Source: Wigglesworthia glossinidia endosymbiont of Glossina brevipalpis
Lineage (GTDB): Bacteria; Pseudomonadota; Gammaproteobacteria; Enterobacterales; Enterobacteriaceae
Assembly: GCA_000008885.1 (NCBI GenBank)
Contig: BA000021.3
Location: 480,001 to 512,000 of the forward strand
Reading direction: 5' to 3'
Length of the DNA stretch: 32,000 nt
Below are positions 29,181 through 32,000 of this stretch, piece by piece. Position numbers and translations under genes: made by a program. The notes below the pieces were generated by a model that made no database searches, had not been told where the DNA came from, and was given only the letters and a program-made list of their open reading frames with translations. Numbering within the stretch: position 1 is the first letter of the stretch; every line of letters begins with the position of its first letter.

Positions 29181-30923
29181 ATGAATTATGATATTAAAAT
29201 ACATAGAATATCTAAAATAAAATCTCCAGAAATAGAAAATAGCAATATTCCAATTATTTTAAAAAAAATATATTCGAATAGAGGAATAAAACAGTTAAAA
29301 GAAATAGATCTTAAAACAAAAAATTTAATATCATATAAAAATTTATTAGGAATAAAAAAAGCAACTGATGTTTTGAAGATTGCTCTTATAAAGAGAAAAA
29401 AAATTGTTATTGTAGGAGATTTCGATGTAGACGGAGCTAGTGGTACAGCTTTAGCTTTTCTAATTTTAATGAAATTAGGAGCTAAAAAAGTGGAATTCAT
29501 AATACCAAATAGATTCAAAAATGGATATGGATTAACGAAAGAAATAGTAGAATTCATAGAAAAAAAAGAAGGCGAAGTGATTGTTACAGTAGACAATGGA
29601 ATATCATCTCACGAAGGTGTAAATTTAGCAAGAAAGAAAGGAATGAAAATAATAATTTCTGATCACCATATACCAGATAAAATTTTGCCTAAAGCACATG
29701 CTATTATTAATCCTAATTTAAAAAATTGTAAGTTTAAATCAAAATCTTTATCAGGAGTAGGAGTAATATTTTATCTAATGATCTCTTTGAGATCAGAGTT
29801 AAAAAAAAATTCTTGGTTCAAAGACAATAAAATTATTATACCAAATTTAGCAGAATTTTTAGATTTAGTTGCACTAGGAACAATTTCAGATTTGTCTCCA
29901 TTAGACTTAAATAATAGAATTTTAGTTCATCAAGGAATGAATCGTATTAGAAATGGTAATTGTCGTGCAGGAATTAAAGCACTAATAGAAATTTCTAATC
30001 TGGACATATCTTTTTTATCTACAAATGATATCAGTTATATTTTGAGTCCAAAAATAAATGTTGCTGGTAGATTAAAAGATATGCGTATAGGTGTAAAATT
30101 ATTATTAACAAATGATATAAAAAAAGCTCGTTTATTAGCAAAAGAACTTAATTTTTTAAACAAAAAAAGACAAATAATTGGGAAAAAAATGGAAAAACAA
30201 GCTTTTTTTATATGTACTAAAATACAAAAAAAAACAAATACTACACCTTCAGGGTTTGTCCTTTATCATCAAGATTGGCATGAAGGAATATTAGGGATAA
30301 TAGCTTCTAGAATAAAGGAAAGATTTCAAGTTCCAGTAATTATATTTGCTAAATCTAAAAATAATCTACTAAAAGGTTCTATAAGATCTATAGAAGGAAT
30401 AAACATAAGATTAATTTTAAAAGAACTAAATAACATGTATCCAGATTTAATAATTTCATTTGGAGGACATTCTGTTGCTGCAGCTTTAGTAATAGAAAGT
30501 AGTAAATTGATATATTTTAAAAAAATTTTTTTAAATTTCATTGAAAATAAAAAAATAAATGTTTCATCAAAAAGAATAATATCCTCTGATGGAGAACTAT
30601 TTTACGATGATATTTCTATAAAAACAGCTACTTTGTTACTATACTCTTCACCATGGGGAAATAAATTTAATTATCCGATATTTGATGGTAAATTTCGTAT
30701 TTTCGATCAGTTATTAATAAACAAAATTCACTTAAAAATAAAAATACAACATATATTAGGAGGAAATATTTTAGATGGAATTTGTTTTAATGTTGATTTA
30801 AAATCATGGCCAAACAAAAAAATAAATTTTGTAAAACTAGCATATACTCTAAGAGTTTATAAAAAAAACAAAATTCCAATACTACAAATAATAATAATTC
30901 ATTTATTTCCAATAATGCCTTGA
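29181..30923 (+). CDS. recJ: Single-stranded-DNA-specific 5'-3' exonuclease RecJ
   Basis: 580 aa. DHH-family motifs VGDFDVDGASG, VTVDNGIS and IISDHHIP, plus the GGHSVAAA DHHA1 motif. AAGGA lies 5 nt upstream of the ATG. It ends in TGA, the only TGA stop I found in the window. Confidence 0.94.
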   Translation: MNYDIKIHRISKIKSPEIENSNIPIILKKIYSNRGIKQLKEIDLKTKNLISYKNLLGIKKATDVLKIALIKRKKIVIVGDFDVDGASGTALAFLILMKLGAKKVEFIIPNRFKNGYGLTKEIVEFIEKKEGEVIVTVDNGISSHEGVNLARKKGMKIIISDHHIPDKILPKAHAIINPNLKNCKFKSKSLSGVGVIFYLMISLRSELKKNSWFKDNKIIIPNLAEFLDLVALGTISDLSPLDLNNRILVHQGMNRIRNGNCRAGIKALIEISNLDISFLSTNDISYILSPKINVAGRLKDMRIGVKLLLTNDIKKARLLAKELNFLNKKRQIIGKKMEKQAFFICTKIQKKTNTTPSGFVLYHQDWHEGILGIIASRIKERFQVPVIIFAKSKNNLLKGSIRSIEGINIRLILKELNNMYPDLIISFGGHSVAAALVIESSKLIYFKKIFLNFIENKKINVSSKRIISSDGELFYDDISIKTATLLLYSSPWGNKFNYPIFDGKFRIFDQLLINKIHLKIKIQHILGGNILDGICFNVDLKSWPNKKINFVKLAYTLRVYKKNKIPILQIIIIHLFPIMP

Positions 30924-31002
30924 AAATATTACAATAAGTATATTAGAATATTTAACTATAAACAGTATTTATAAATTTAATAAATTAATAATTTAATAAA
31001 AA

Positions 31003-32000
31003 ATGTTAGATTCTTATTATATAAAACTAAAAATTTCGTCTTTTTTAAGACGTATAAAATATTTAACTGATTTTCTTTAACTCGAATAAAAAAATAAAAA
31101 ATTCTACAGAAATAGATAAATGTAAATTTGTATATTTAGAAAAGAAAAATTTACCACTAAATGAATATAAAACAAAATTTTATAATAAAAAAAATATTAT
31201 AAATGAAATTAAATTTTTACACGAACAAGTAAAAGAAATTAATATTCTTTTTGATTTGTCTTTAGAAGAAAATGATTCAAAATCTTTGCTTGAAGTTAAT
31301 AATGAAATAATTTTATTGAATAAAAGAATGAAAAAAATAGAACTTATGTGCTATTTTTTTGAAAAAAATGATCGTTGTAATTGTTATATGGATATACAGC
31401 CAGGATCTGGAGGAATAGATGCCCAAGATTGGGCTTCAATATTATTAAGGATGTATTTAAAATGGGCAGATCGTAATAATTTTAAAACCGATATTATTTA
31501 TAAGTCAAGTTCTGAAATAGCTGGTATAAAATCAGCTACAGTTAAATTTTTAGGATCTTATGCATACGGATGGTTAAAAAAAGAAACTGGAATACATAGA
31601 TTAGTAAGAAAAAGTCCATTTGACTCTAACGGGAAAAGACATACTTCTTTTTGTTCAATATTTGTATATCCAGATATAAATGATAAAATTGAAATTAAAA
31701 TAAATTTATCAGATCTTAGAATTGATGTATATAGATCTTCTGGAGCAGGAGGTCAACATGTAAATAGGACAGAGTCTGCTGTTAGAATAACACATTTGCC
31801 TACTAAAATAACCACACAGTGTCAAAGCGATAGATCTCAACACAAAAATAAAGAAAAGGCTATTAATCAGCTTAAATCGAAACTATATGAATTTGAGTTA
31901 AGAAAAAAAAATAAAGATAAAAAAATCATAGAAAAATCCAAATCAAAAATTGCTTGGGGGAATCAAATTAGATCATATATATTTGATAATTCTATAGTAA
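31003..32000 (+). CDS. prfB: Peptide chain release factor 2, 3' end truncated by the window; requires a programmed +1 frameshift at 31078
   Basis: ORF0 (31003..31077) encodes the 25 codons [25 protein letters not shown], then TAA (31078..31080). This is the same leader length as E. coli (25 codons ending in Leu-CUU). The +1 frame from 31079 stays open to the window end. It contains [15 protein letters not shown], the SPF tripeptide (RKSPFDS) and GGQ ([19 protein letters not shown]). The first ATG in the +1 frame lies about 83 codons downstream, so independent initiation would lose the N-terminal domain. Confidence 0.9.
31075..31081 (+). promoter_or_regulatory. prfB +1 recoding site CTT TAA C
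   Basis: CTT (31075..31077), an in-frame TAA (31078..31080), then C. Same geometry as the E. coli CUU UGA C site, but with a UAA stop. The upstream sequence TTAACTGATTTT has no AGGGGG-like element. Confidence 0.8.

Noticed and set aside
27445-30541. Antisense ORFs in mtnN (27445..27669) and recJ (29186..29596, 30326..30541)
   Set aside because: Same reasoning as above: they are nested antisense to strongly supported genes and resemble no known family.
1-32000. Scan for CRISPR repeats, IS elements or inverted terminal repeats, integrases, phage genes, toxin-antitoxin pairs, defence cassettes, long tandem repeats and rRNA
   Set aside because: None were found. All substantial ORFs are conserved housekeeping genes. 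The intergenic regions are short AT-rich spacers, apart from 10750..11723, and that one shows no repeat periodicity I could detect by eye.

Overview
This window is about 20% GC by eye, and its proteins are very rich in Lys, Asn and Ile. It reads as a housekeeping stretch of a highly reduced, Enterobacterales-derived insect endosymbiont. The gene content (sdhCDAB-sucAB(C), putA, mscM) and the extreme AT bias best fit a Wigglesworthia-like genome, but I cannot confirm that without a database search.

I can support 24 protein genes, two of them partial:
- Minus strand: sucC (5' end only), sucB, sucA, sdhB, sdhA, sdhD, sdhC, ybgI, pgm, mscM, psd, a YghB/YqjA-type DedA protein, ubiH, pepP, putA, ligA, ygfZ.
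- Plus strand: fldA, orn, zapA, mtnN, sdhE, recJ, prfB (3' end cut by the window edge).
- Other features: one tRNA-Ser(GGA), and one GC-rich bidirectional terminator hairpin.

Gene order is a patchwork of E. coli-like syntenic blocks with the intervening genes deleted. I found no CRISPR array, IS or transposon, integrase, phage gene, toxin-antitoxin pair or defence-like cassette. I do not see a novel multi-gene system here.

The points worth a second look are single-gene or single-locus oddities:
1. prfB keeps its 25-codon leader and +1 frameshift, but the in-frame stop is TAA rather than the canonical TGA, and there is no SD-like stimulator.
2. A gene-free spacer of about 975 bp and about 5% GC lies between the convergent 3' ends of fldA and mscM, where fur would be expected.
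3. LigA ends exactly where the BRCT domain should begin.
4. PutA keeps its ribbon-helix-helix domain but has no recognisable operator and no adjacent putP.
5. Several neighbouring genes are cleanly missing: gltA, rsgA, ygfB, ssrS, ygfX-fldB-xerD-dsbC and zipA.
6. A10-A11 homopolymer tracts sit inside intact genes.
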